Positions 50,029 through 59,778 of a stretch of 64,000 nt of DNA are shown piece by piece. Source of the stretch: an uncultured delta proteobacterium. GTDB taxonomy: Bacteria; Desulfobacterota; Desulfobaccia; Desulfobaccales; 0-14-0-80-60-11. Within the stretch, counting starts at the first letter, position 1. Every line of letters starts with the position of its first letter. The notes beneath the pieces are model-generated. The model did no database searches and was not told where the DNA came from. It was given only the letters and a program-made list of their open reading frames with translations. A program made the translations under genes and the position numbers. Location: positions 1,248,001-1,312,000 of the forward strand of contig CAWETI010000003.1 of the NCBI GenBank assembly GCA_963812015.1. The letters are read 5' to 3'.

Positions 50029-51240
50029 TCATGGAGTGTGCCTTTGGGGTCCCGGTTTGAGGATAATTTCCCGGACCCGGCCGCCCCAGGTCACCCGGTA
50101 GGAGATGCCGCGCCAGGAGAGGGTGTTGGTGCGCCAGGTCTTGAGGTAGCACCAGGCGGCCATGAAGATATTGGCATAAAAGGCCAGGAGCCAGGGCCCC
50201 AGCGGCGCCTTTTGGGGCACCAGGGTGCGGCACCAGGCTCCGATGGCGGTGAAAACCAGCAAAAATCCGAGACTGGCCAGGGCCAGGGGCGGGGCCGTCA
50301 GTCCCACCAGGCCCCCGAGAACGGCCAGCCCCGCCAGGAGAATGGGCCCGGCCAGCCCGATCACCGCCAGGGAGGCGGCCAGCCAGGAGAGGGGCAGGCA
50401 GTATTTCGCGTATAAGATCTGCCGGGTCAGCCAGGTGGACCAGCCGTCCAGGGTCTGTCCGGTAAGCTTGGTGCTCATGGTCGCGGCGGCCACGGGCACC
50501 ACCCGGATGCCGAATCGCAAGAGGCGCCGCCCTAACGGCAAGTCGTCCAGCATGCTTGACCCCCAGACCCCTTCCACCCCGGATTCGCGGAAGACGGACC
50601 GGAGAATGGCGGTGGCGCCGCCCCAGGGCAGGATGACGCTGGGCAAGCTGTGGAGCAGGTGTATGGTCAGCACGGTCTGGAGCATCCCCAGGGTGGCCAC
50701 CCGGGCATCGCCGGGAATGATACGGTGGAAGCCGGTGGTCAGGACCGCGGCGCCGGTGGCCAGGGGGTGGATGAGCTCCTGGAGAAAGTTGGGCGGGGCG
50801 TCATGGGTGCTGTCGCAAAAAACCAGGATTTCCACCGAGTCGTCCAGGACCCCGAGGCCGGCCAGAATGTTGTGGTTTTTCTGTGAGCAGCCGGAGGCCG
50901 GGCCGCTGACGATGTGGCGGCTTTGCGGGTGGCGGGACAAAAGACTCTGTACCAGGGAAGTGGCAGGGTCTTCCAGGTCCCGGGTGACCAGGACGGTTTC
51001 ATAGTTGGGATAAGGCTGGGTGAGGAGCGACGTGAGCGCGGCCCGCATTTCCGGCGTGTTCCCGGTCAGAGGCACAATGAGGGCGACCCGGGGATAGGCC
51101 GGCCAGGGGCCGGACGCCGGGGATGGTCCTCCGGGGGCCGCCCCGGGGAAACTCCGGCGCAGATGGTGGCGGCTGTGGGCCAGCAGCACCATCAGGACCA
51201 GGAGCTCCAGGACCATGGAGGCCAAAAGCAGGGCCGTCAA
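50029..51240 (-). CDS. Ceramide glucosyltransferase/HpnI-like GT-A glycosyltransferase (GT21/GT2)
   Basis: N-terminal TM; LIVP..G, SQK.HN, FCDS, PWGGA, DD, W..RQ and the C-terminal WRG..Y motif. Confidence 0.68.
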   Translation of the reverse strand: MTALLLASMVLELLVLMVLLAHSRHHLRRSFPGAAPGGPSPASGPWPAYPRVALIVPLTGNTPEMRAALTSLLTQPYPNYETVLVTRDLEDPATSLVQSLLSRHPQSRHIVSGPASGCSQKNHNILAGLGVLDDSVEILVFCDSTHDAPPNFLQELIHPLATGAAVLTTGFHRIIPGDARVATLGMLQTVLTIHLLHSLPSVILPWGGATAILRSVFRESGVEGVWGSSMLDDLPLGRRLLRFGIRVVPVAAATMSTKLTGQTLDGWSTWLTRQILYAKYCLPLSWLAASLAVIGLAGPILLAGLAVLGGLVGLTAPPLALASLGFLLVFTAIGAWCRTLVPQKAPLGPWLLAFYANIFMAAWCYLKTWRTNTLSWRGISYRVTWGGRVREIILKPGPQRHTP

Positions 51241-51408
51241 TCAATCCCTCCCGCAGTCTTTCTCTAAAATAAAGGCCGGGTGCCTCGACCCAGCCGCATA
51301 ATCCGTAAGCTGAAAATCACTTACCAGATACCTTTCGGTCCTGTCAAGGGAAATTCCCCCGCCGGGGGCTCACCCGATGACCGGATTATTCTGCAAATCT
51401 CATGAGTT

Positions 51409-52845
51409 TCAGAGGGTGCCCCGCCTCCGGAGCCACCACCGCCCCGCCAGGTACAGGGTGGGGGCCAGGGCCAGGGCCTCGGTCACTTCCCGGGGCAGAC
51501 GGCCGTTTCCCACCAGGTAAAGCAGAGCGCCCACCAGGACGGCGAGGCCCAACTGGAGCAGCGGGCGCCGGAGTATGAGGCCCAGCCGCCGCTGGCAGAA
51601 AGAGACGGTCAGAAGGGCCACCCCGCCCTTAGTGAACACCATGGCCAGGGCCGCCCCCAACAAGGGAATCCGGGGAATGGCCAGGCTGCACCAGAGCAGA
51701 TTGAAGGCCAGGCCGCTCAAGTAAAAGACCAGGAGCAACCGGTGGAGACGCATGCTGATCATCAGAAACCCCGCCAGATTGTGCATGAAGGCAAAGGCCA
51801 CGGTCACCACCAGGACCTTTTGCAGCCAGATGGCGTCGGGGTACTTGGGGCCGTAAACCAGGGTGATGATGCGGTCGCTTTCGATGAACAGCACAAACAT
51901 GACCGCCAGGGCCGCGGCCAGGAGCCAACGGGCGGTATTTTGGGCCAGGAGGGCGACCCTGGCGCGGTCCACCTCCCAAAGCTGGACAAAGATCGGAAAC
52001 ATGATGGCTTGGAGGAGGAGGTTGGAGACCAGCCCGGAGATGCCGTCCACGGTCTGCCAGGTGACGCTATATTGGGCTACCCCGTGGGCTCCGGCGTACT
52101 TCTGGAGGAAAAAGAGGTTGGCCTTGTTGTAGAGAATGGCCGAGACTTCGATGAGGGCAAACACCAGCCCCAGGTGCAGGGTGGAACCCAGCCTGCCCAT
52201 GGAGGGCCACTTGAACCGGAAGCGGTCATGGGAGCGGACCAGGATAAAGCTGCCTGCCAGATTGACCAGGGCCTCAATGAGCTTAAAAGCGGCCAACACC
52301 AGGGGAGGGGCTCCCAAGGCCAAGGCGATGAGGGCATAGCTGAAGGCCAGGCCGGCCCCCAGGGCTTTGACCGTGCTCTGGAGATCCTGGCGGCCCCGAA
52401 CCTGCAGGGCCACAAAAAAAGTGTTGGACAGGGCATCCAGCCCCATCCCGGCGCTGAGCATAAACATGACGTGTTTGAGTGCCGGGGGGTAGCCCTGCCA
52501 CTCCATGAAGCCCACCACCCCCATGAGGGCCAAAATCAGCAAGGCCCCCTTGAGGAAGGACACCTGGGTCAAGGCGGCATCCGAGTCGCGGTCTTTTTGG
52601 CCCAGGAGGGACACCAGGGGCAGGTTGAGGCCAAATTCCGCCACCAGCAGGAGGATGCTGCCCAATCCCATGGCCAGCATAAACTCCCCGTAGGTGGTGG
52701 AGCTGACCCGGGCCAGGTAGATGAAGAAAACGGCTTGCAAGGACTCCCGGACCCAACGGGCACTCAGGAGATAGGCAAAATTCTTGAGGATGCGGGGAGG
52801 GGCGGGCTCCCCCTGGACCGGCGGGTTATGGCGGCTATCGGGCAT
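51409..52845 (-). CDS. Oligosaccharide flippase (Wzx/MOP family)
   Basis: Start at about ATG 52845; KNF.YL, YLAR...YG.F and EFGL motifs; about 12-14 TMs. Confidence 0.78.
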   Translation of the reverse strand: MPDSRHNPPVQGEPAPPRILKNFAYLLSARWVRESLQAVFFIYLARVSSTTYGEFMLAMGLGSILLLVAEFGLNLPLVSLLGQKDRDSDAALTQVSFLKGALLILALMGVVGFMEWQGYPPALKHVMFMLSAGMGLDALSNTFFVALQVRGRQDLQSTVKALGAGLAFSYALIALALGAPPLVLAAFKLIEALVNLAGSFILVRSHDRFRFKWPSMGRLGSTLHLGLVFALIEVSAILYNKANLFFLQKYAGAHGVAQYSVTWQTVDGISGLVSNLLLQAIMFPIFVQLWEVDRARVALLAQNTARWLLAAALAVMFVLFIESDRIITLVYGPKYPDAIWLQKVLVVTVAFAFMHNLAGFLMISMRLHRLLLVFYLSGLAFNLLWCSLAIPRIPLLGAALAMVFTKGGVALLTVSFCQRRLGLILRRPLLQLGLAVLVGALLYLVGNGRLPREVTEALALAPTLYLAGRWWLRRRGTL

Positions 52846-53270
52846 AAAAGGATCGACGCTGGCCTTGAGGTGGTTTTTTCCAGACCCGGGGTTCCCGGTA
52901 AGGGGGCGTCCCGAAACTTTATATATCAAATATTCCCGCCGCGGGTGAGGAAAAGTCTTCTCTGGGGCCGAAATTCCCGTCTGGGCGCCTTGCTTCCCTG
53001 AGGAGGTTGGATACCCGCCCGGAGATGAGACGCAGGTTCGGGCCGCAAAAGTGATTGCCATGCCCTCGGCGATACTTTATCATTTGAGCAGGCCAGGGCA
53101 GGTCGGCCCAGGGGGGTGACCGGCGGCGACGGTCCTGGGGGCTCTCTTATCGAGCCTGGCCTGGGGGCAATTTTGGCCATTGACCGGGATCAGCTCCCCG
53201 CCCCGGCGGCAGGCTTTCCGGAACTACTCGCCTCCCTGCAATGACCAAGTTTATCCTGGAATAGTCAATA

Positions 53271-54419
53271 ATGCCGGACGACGACCACGATACCGCCACC
53301 AACTGGTTCCAACGCAATCCCAAGAAAACCCTGGTGGTGGTCACCCTGGTTTTCATCCTAGCGATAGTCTACGCCTCGGAAAAATTTCTGGAATTCAACA
53401 ACCGGCGGCAGGGGATTTTCCTGGAGGCGGAAAGAAGGTATGTCCGGCTGAAAGAGTACCGCCCCGGGACCCGCCTGCGGCTGGCCTTTCCCCAAAATCA
53501 CCGGCCCTACACCGACAATGTCTTCACCAAGCAGTACCAGTTTGATATCGACCAAAATGGCTTTATCGTCCCTTCGAAGAAATATGACCGGCCCGATAAA
53601 GTCATCGTGTTCCTGGGCGGGTCCACCACCGAGTGCATGTTTGTGGACCCGGACCACCGGTTTCCTTACGTGGTGGGGAACATCCTGGAGCGGGAGACGG
53701 GAGCCAAGATCAATTCCTACAACGGCGGGATGTCAGGCAACAACACCCTGAACGCCATCGATATTCTGATCAACAAGGTGATCCCCCTGCACCCCCAGGT
53801 GGTGGTCTACATGGAGAACATCAACGACCTGAGCACCCTCCTGTACGCCGGGACCTACTGGAATGAGCGGACGGCCCGGTCGCCCCTGGAGACCCTGAAA
53901 AAGCGGCAACTGGCGGGCAAACTCCTGCAAGAAATTTTTATCCCCAACCTCAATGACGCCTATAGAAAGCTGAAGAAGTCCCTGGCCCGGGCAGAGGAGG
54001 ATGAATTTGCCGGGGCCAGGGGTAAAAAGCTCACCATTGACCAGGCCCGGTTAGTCCACGCCTTCGCCATGAATCTCCAGACCCTGGTCTGCATCTGCCA
54101 GGGGCATGAAATCGTGCCGGTGTTGATGACCCAGGCCAACCGGATCACGGACCACCCCGACCCGGTGGTGGCGGCCTATATCAACCGCGACGGCGGCGCC
54201 ACCGGCGTCAGCTACCAGCAATTCAAAGAGCTCTATGACGCCTTCAACGACACCATCCGGGAAGTGGGCCGGAAGAATCACGTCATGGTCATCGACCTGG
54301 CCCGGGAAGTCCCCCCCGACAAAAAATATCTGTATGATTTGGTCCACTTCAATGACGCCGGGTCCCAACTGGCGGCCCGGATCATTGCGGCCAGGTTGAA
54401 GGGAATTCTGCCCCCGTGA
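53271..54419 (+). CDS. SGNH/GDSL hydrolase-family protein, membrane anchored
   Basis: FLGGSTT, NGGMSGN, INDL and YDLVHFN motifs. Confidence 0.8.
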   Translation: MPDDDHDTATNWFQRNPKKTLVVVTLVFILAIVYASEKFLEFNNRRQGIFLEAERRYVRLKEYRPGTRLRLAFPQNHRPYTDNVFTKQYQFDIDQNGFIVPSKKYDRPDKVIVFLGGSTTECMFVDPDHRFPYVVGNILERETGAKINSYNGGMSGNNTLNAIDILINKVIPLHPQVVVYMENINDLSTLLYAGTYWNERTARSPLETLKKRQLAGKLLQEIFIPNLNDAYRKLKKSLARAEEDEFAGARGKKLTIDQARLVHAFAMNLQTLVCICQGHEIVPVLMTQANRITDHPDPVVAAYINRDGGATGVSYQQFKELYDAFNDTIREVGRKNHVMVIDLAREVPPDKKYLYDLVHFNDAGSQLAARIIAARLKGILPP

Positions 54420-54465
54420 GGACCGGTCCTCCCCTCAATAATCTCTTCAATCCCGCCCGACACCA

Positions 54466-55101
54466 CTACCAAAGCCCCCCCGACCTCGCCACCTTTACCG
54501 CCAGGGTCAGGCCGTCGTGCTCGGGGGAGTGACGGGGCAAGAAGCTCAGCAGGTGGACGGCGCGCCAGGCCGGGTTCTCGAAGATTTCCCGGTTAAAATC
54601 CGCCGCCCCGGAGAACCCCACGTTGTCGGCCACCAGGAGGCCGCCGGCCCGCAGGAGGCGGCGGCAGTGGGACAGGGCCGGCAGGTAGGATTCCTTGTCG
54701 ATGTCCAGGAAGACCAGGTCAAAGGTCTCGGACATGCCGGCCATGAGGTTTAAGGCCTCCCCCACCCTGACCTCCACCACCTGGGCCAGGCCGGCCCGGC
54801 TCAAATTGGCCCGGGCCCTGCCGGCCATGGTCTCGTCGTATTCCAGGGAAATCACCCGGCCGTGGGTTGCCGCACAGGCCCGGCCCAGGAAGATGCCGGA
54901 ATACCCGGTGGCGGCGCCCAGCTCCAGGATACGGGCGGCCCCGGTGGCCGTGGCCAGGATGAAGAGGAGTTCCCCCACCACCGGGCCGACGATGGGGATG
55001 GACTCACGTTCAGCCTCTTCCTCCAGTTCCAGGAGCAAGGCATCGCCCGGGGGCGCCAGGCCCCGAAAATATCCTTCCAGATCAGGCATCATTTTACCCA
55101 T
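54466..55101 (-). CDS. O-methyltransferase (YrrM/CCoAOMT-like)
   Basis: IPIV, ILELGAATGYSG, FDLVFLDIDK..Y and GGLLVADN motifs. Confidence 0.9.
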   Translation of the reverse strand: MGKMMPDLEGYFRGLAPPGDALLLELEEEAERESIPIVGPVVGELLFILATATGAARILELGAATGYSGIFLGRACAATHGRVISLEYDETMAGRARANLSRAGLAQVVEVRVGEALNLMAGMSETFDLVFLDIDKESYLPALSHCRRLLRAGGLLVADNVGFSGAADFNREIFENPAWRAVHLLSFLPRHSPEHDGLTLAVKVARSGGLW

Positions 55102-55292
55102 GGTCCCTCCGTCGATATCGGTATAGGAAGAGATTGCCTCGAAAAATTGTTGAGTTTCGAGTAATATTATGGCAGGAAAAAGGCGGCAGGGGAAGGGGAG
55201 GCTGGGGGGGATCATTAGAACAATGAGTAAGAAATATCCATATCGTTTAGAGACCTGATGAGGTTATTGGAGAGGCAAGGGTTTATAAATGG

Positions 55293-56417
55293 ATGGATAG
55301 ATTTTATAAGAAAGAGGGCATGGGGTTCATGCATCTTATTGATAATGGTAAATTAAAAAGAACGCCTAAGAAAGTTATTAAAATCTTAATTATTAATTTA
55401 ATAATTTTCTTGTTAATTGTAGTCGCAGTTGAAATGGTGATTAGAATTATATTTCCAAATATAAATGTATTGGGTAATAGCAAAAATCTTTTTCAATATA
55501 ATAAATATGGCAGTAGTTTTGGGTTAACTCCAAACAATCATGGATATTCTTACGGGGCTGAAGTTATTACGGACGCGAGAGGATTCCGGATCGACCCATC
55601 CTCGCAAATGTCCAGCGGAAAATATGTAATTTTAGTTTTAGGAGATTCGGTAAGTTTTGGCTTGGGGGTTGCGGCCCGTGATTCATTTCCATTAATGCTG
55701 CAAAAACATGTAAAGGATTGCCAAATTATCAATGGCTCAGTGATTGGTTATTCATCTGAAGATTATTATAATGTATTAAGTCATTGGATTAATTCTGGAT
55801 TAAAATTCGAAGGAGTAATAGTTAGTATTTGCCTAAATGATTTCTCTACTGAGTCTCAGGCTAATATAGAAAAACAATTTCAACTAGGATATTATAAGAG
55901 ATATCCGAATAGGGTAGTGCGGTTGATAAGATATATTTCAGATAACTATTTCAATTTCAATGATTTCTTGAAAGGAAATTCAAAAACCTATCTGTTGATA
56001 AAAAATATGATGCTTGACTAATCAAAAAACTACTTTTTAGCAGACACAACATATTATGATATGCCGGGGATAGAAAGTGTTATATCCGAAAATCTCAAAA
56101 AAATAAATGATCTTGCGGCCAGAAATGGCAAATGGATTGTGTTTTGTGTATTTCCATACGAATATCAATTACGTCAGAGCTCCTATAATAACCGTGAGAC
56201 TGCCAAGCCACAAATATTGATCAACGAGGTGGCCGAAAAAGATAAGTTGCCGGTGAAAGATTTATTGCCAGATATTTATAGAGCTCTCCAAAGATCCGGA
56301 TTAAGTTCAAAGGATATCTATCTTTTTGGTGACCCGATGCATTTATCTCGGCTCGGTCACCAAATAGCTGCTCAGTGCTTATATGAGAAGATCATTACGT
56401 CTGGTCTGGCAGATTAA
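55293..56417 (+). pseudogene. AT-rich SGNH/GDSL protein gene interrupted by one in-frame TAA (56019-56021)
   Basis: The first part has LGDSVSFG, NG.V.GY and LND. The same frame continues after TAA into the 56061 ORF, which carries the DPMHLS catalytic block. Confidence 0.75.
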
Positions 56418-56742
56418 GGTTATCCGGACTTCCAGATCGGGGATCAGTTTGCTCATGGTCCCTCTTTCCGGGACCGCCAGGGGAAGAGAATGCCTCGAAC
56501 ATTTGTTTGGGTTGCGGGTAAGATTATGCCAGGAAATCGGAGGAGGAAAAGGTCGGGCGGCCTGCCTCCTTGCCCGGTTTTTCGACCATCTGCCGGTACC
56601 CTGGCGTTTGGGAAGTGCAAAATTAAACCAGCCTCACCCCGGACCCAGTCCAGGGGCTGCCTCTGAGTCTCCCGCAAAAATTGCCCAAAAAACCATATTC
56701 ATGATAAAATTATAAATTGAGATAAGGGTATAAAGGAGAAGT

Positions 56743-57162
56743 ATGGCGCCAGAAAAGCTGCAAGGCACCAGCCCCGTGGCCCGGTGGCTGACATCCACTC
56801 CGGAGCAAGCCAAAGATACGGGCATGGCCATGGTGTTGATCTGCCTCCTCCTGGGATATTGGGGCAAGTTTCCCAAGTTTCTGCCCGTGAGCCTCGTGCT
56901 GTTGCTCATCACCATGATCTGGCCCAAGGCCTTCCGGCCCCTGGCCGGGCTCTGGTTCGGCCTCTCCCATCTCCTGAGCAGCGTCGTCTCCCGGGTTATT
57001 TTGTCGATCTTGTTCTTCCTGGTGGTCACCCCCATCGGCCTTATCCGCCGATTGACCGGGGCCGATGCCCTGCAATTGAAGAAATGGAAGCAGGGCCAGG
57101 ACTCCGTGTTCACGATGCGGGAGGGCCCCGTTCAGGGGAAGGATATGCTGAACCCTTATTGA
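56743..57162 (+). CDS. SxtJ-family membrane protein
   Basis: W.GL..LL..V.SR.IL..LFF.VVTPIG..RR..G.D.L and C-terminal PY motifs. Confidence 0.8.
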   Translation: MAPEKLQGTSPVARWLTSTPEQAKDTGMAMVLICLLLGYWGKFPKFLPVSLVLLLITMIWPKAFRPLAGLWFGLSHLLSSVVSRVILSILFFLVVTPIGLIRRLTGADALQLKKWKQGQDSVFTMREGPVQGKDMLNPY

Positions 57163-57171
57163 AAGTAAGCT

Positions 57172-57200
57172 TAGGGGCGGGTTTAAAACCCACCCCTACA
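57172..57200. repeat. GTAG-type REP-like palindrome
   Basis: TAGGGGCGGGTTTAAAACCCACCCCTACA. Confidence 0.6.
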
Positions 57201-57245
57201 TGGGGTTTTCCATCGACCTTATTAATATCCAAGGAGTTTTTTCCA

Positions 57246-57333
57246 CTCGTTCCCAAGTTGCACTTGGGAACGACAATAATCCCAAACTAAGCTTGGCTGG
57301 TAAAGGCGTTCCCAACCCCGGCTTGGGAACAAG
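57246..57333. repeat. Paired CGTTCCCAAG...CTTGGGAAC palindromes
   Basis: CGTTCCCAAGT-TGC-ACTTGGGAACG at 57248-57272 and a degenerate copy at 57307-57330. Confidence 0.6.
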
Positions 57334-57376
57334 GCTATAAAGTTACAGCCACGCAAGTGACGCAAGGAGTTGTGCT

Positions 57377-57526
57377 ATGGATTTTGTCAAGGATTTGTGG
57401 GGGTTCCTCAAGGTAAGGAAAAAATTCTGGTTGTTGCCCATCATCTTGACGCTCTTGTTTTTCGGCGCCTTGATGATCTTTGCCAGCGGTTCGGCCATCG
57501 CGCCCTTCATCTACACCATCTTTTAA
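57377..57526 (+). CDS. SxtK/DUF5989-family small membrane protein (49 aa, below the ORF-track cutoff)
   Basis: MDFVKDLWGFLKVRKKFWLLPIILTLLFFGALMIFASGSAIAPFIYTIF*, with an AAGGAG RBS. Confidence 0.85.
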   Translation: MDFVKDLWGFLKVRKKFWLLPIILTLLFFGALMIFASGSAIAPFIYTIF

Positions 57527-57538
57527 GGGGATAACCGC

Positions 57539-59401
57539 GTGCCCGAAGCGATTCTCGGTATTTCCGCCTTTTATCACGACAGCGCCGCCGCCTTGCTGGT
57601 GGACGGCCAGATCGTCGCCGCGGCCCAGGAGGAGCGTTTCACCCGCAAGAAGCACGACCCCGCCTTCCCGGCCAATGCCCTGGCCTATGTCATGGGGGAG
57701 TCGGGTCTGGCCCTGGGAGATTTGGCTGCCGTGGCGTTCTATGACAAGCCCTACCTCAAGTTTGAGCGCCTGTTGGAGACCTACCACGGCTTTGCCCCCC
57801 GGGGCCTCCGGAGCTTTCTCGCGGCCATGCCGGTGTGGATCAAAGAAAAGCTGCTGATGCGCAGCCTGCTCAAGGAGGAACTGGCCAAGGTGGGAGCCGG
57901 CAGTCCCCCGGTCCTCTTTCCCGAGCACCACCTGTCCCACGCGGCCTCGGCGTTCTATCCGTCGCCCTTTACCGAGGCCGCCATCCTCACGCTGGACGGG
58001 GTGGGGGAGTGGGCCACCTCCACCATCGGCTTCGGCCGGGGCCACGAGCTCACCATTTTGCGGGAGCTCCATTTTCCCCACTCCCTGGGCCTGCTCTATT
58101 CGGCCTTCACCTACTACTGCGGCTTCAAGGTCAACAGCGGCGAATACAAGCTTATGGGGCTGGCGCCTTACGGCAATCCCGACTCCGACCAGACCAAAGG
58201 CTGGAAGACCCTGATATTGGACGAGCTGGTGGACCTCAGGGAAGACGGCTCCCTGCTCCTGAACATGGATTATTTCGACTTCGCCACCGGCCTCACCATG
58301 TGCCGGAACGACAAGTGGGAATCCCTGTTCGGGGTGCCGCGCCGGGCCCGGGAAACCTTCCTGGACCAGAGGTACATGGACCTATCCCTGGCCATCCAGT
58401 TGGCCACGGAAGAGATTGTGCTGCGCCTGGCGGAGACCGCCAAAAAGCTCACCGGGGCCGACAACCTGGTGATGGCCGGCGGGGTGGCCTTGAACTGTGT
58501 GGCCAACGGCAAACTGATCCGCCGGGGCACCTTCAAAGACGTCTGGATCCAGCCGGCGGCGGGGGATGCCGGCGGCGCCCTGGGCGCGGCCCTGGCGGCC
58601 TGGCACATCTGGCAGGGCCAGGGGCGCCAGGTCCCCAATTCCCAATTGGACAACATGCAGGGCTCCTACCTGGGACCGGAGTTTACGGATAACGACAGCA
58701 TCAGGTTGGCCCGGCGGCACCATGCCCCTTATCAGCACTTTGCCGATTTCGACGACCTGAGCCGGGAAGTGGCCCAACTCCTGGCCCAGGGACAGGTGGT
58801 GGGGTGGTTCCAAGGGCGGATGGAGTGGGGGCCCCGGGCCCTGGGCAACCGGTCCATCTTGGGGGACCCCCGGCACCCGGAGATGCAAAAACGCCTGAAC
58901 TTGAAAATCAAGTATCGGGAGGGCTTTAGGCCCTTTGCGCCATCGGTGTTGTCTGAGGAGGCGGCCACCTACTTTGAGTTGGACCGGCCGTCCCCCTACA
59001 TGCTGCTGGTAGCCCCGGTCAGAGAGGAGCGGCGCAACCCCCTGCCCCCCGGCTATGAGAACCTGGAGCTCTTTGACCGCCTCTACCACCTGCGGTCCGA
59101 CGTCCCGGCCATCACCCACGTGGACTATTCTGCCCGCATCCAGACGGTGCATAAAGAGACCAACGCACGCTACTGGCGGCTGATCCAGGCCTTCAAGGAG
59201 CACACCGGCTGCGGCCTCATCGTCAACACCAGCTTCAACGTCCGGGGGGAGCCCATCGTCTGCACCCCGGAAGACGCCTACCAGTGCTTCATGCGCACCG
59301 AAATGGATTACCTGGTGGTGGGCGACTACCTGTTCGACAAGCAAAAACAGCCTGCCTGGCAGGAAGCGAAAGACTGGCGGACGGAGTTCGAACTGGATTA
59401 A
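57539..59401 (+). CDS. O-carbamoyltransferase (NodU/CmcH/SxtI family)
   Basis: ILGISAFYHDSAA, QEERFTR.KH, EHH.SHAASAF, GEYKLMGLAPYG, GPRALGNRSI and NTSFNVRGEPIV motifs. Confidence 0.95.
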   Translation: MPEAILGISAFYHDSAAALLVDGQIVAAAQEERFTRKKHDPAFPANALAYVMGESGLALGDLAAVAFYDKPYLKFERLLETYHGFAPRGLRSFLAAMPVWIKEKLLMRSLLKEELAKVGAGSPPVLFPEHHLSHAASAFYPSPFTEAAILTLDGVGEWATSTIGFGRGHELTILRELHFPHSLGLLYSAFTYYCGFKVNSGEYKLMGLAPYGNPDSDQTKGWKTLILDELVDLREDGSLLLNMDYFDFATGLTMCRNDKWESLFGVPRRARETFLDQRYMDLSLAIQLATEEIVLRLAETAKKLTGADNLVMAGGVALNCVANGKLIRRGTFKDVWIQPAAGDAGGALGAALAAWHIWQGQGRQVPNSQLDNMQGSYLGPEFTDNDSIRLARRHHAPYQHFADFDDLSREVAQLLAQGQVVGWFQGRMEWGPRALGNRSILGDPRHPEMQKRLNLKIKYREGFRPFAPSVLSEEAATYFELDRPSPYMLLVAPVREERRNPLPPGYENLELFDRLYHLRSDVPAITHVDYSARIQTVHKETNARYWRLIQAFKEHTGCGLIVNTSFNVRGEPIVCTPEDAYQCFMRTEMDYLVVGDYLFDKQKQPAWQEAKDWRTEFELD

Positions 59402-59434
59402 GCGGCGGCGCGGGCCGCATCGGTTTACTTCGAG

Positions 59435-59463
59435 AGGGGCGCGGCTACCGTGCCCTTTTTTTT
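59435..59463 (+). terminator. Intrinsic terminator after the carbamoyltransferase
   Basis: GGGGCGCGG-CTA-CCGTGCCCT stem followed by a run of T. Confidence 0.65.
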
Positions 59464-59538
59464 ATTAAAAACTGAAAACCGTCAGGCATGTCTCTTGCGC
59501 GCTTCCAATATCAAATCGCAATAGAAAAATGAAGAATT

Positions 59539-59598
59539 GTAGGGGCGCACCTGTCTGTGCGCCCTCAATCAGGGGCGGACACATGCGCCCGCCCCTAC
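59539..59598. repeat. GTAG-type REP doublet
   Basis: GTAGGGGCGCACCTGTCTGTGCGCCC ... GGGCGGACACATGCGCCCGCCCCTAC. Confidence 0.65.
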
Positions 59599-59778
59599 CG
59601 GGAAAATGCCGCTGGCTTCCGAGTTGTTATAAGTCTGCAAGACGCACCTTTCTTAAGGGAATTACCCTTTGGGGCTTAGCTTGGGATGACGCGAGATTTC
59701 TCCTAAGGCCCGTCAGGGTTGTGGTATAGTGGGCCATGATGGCGTAAAAATGACCGAGAATGAGATGAACTCACGCCC

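Noticed and set aside
57170..57335. Possible CRISPR array
   Set aside because: Only two degenerate palindromes of one type, with no regular repeat-spacer period and no cas genes.
56743..59401. Saxitoxin biosynthesis
   Set aside because: Only the widespread sxtI/J/K-like accessory genes are present; no sxtA, sxtG or sxtB-like core genes.
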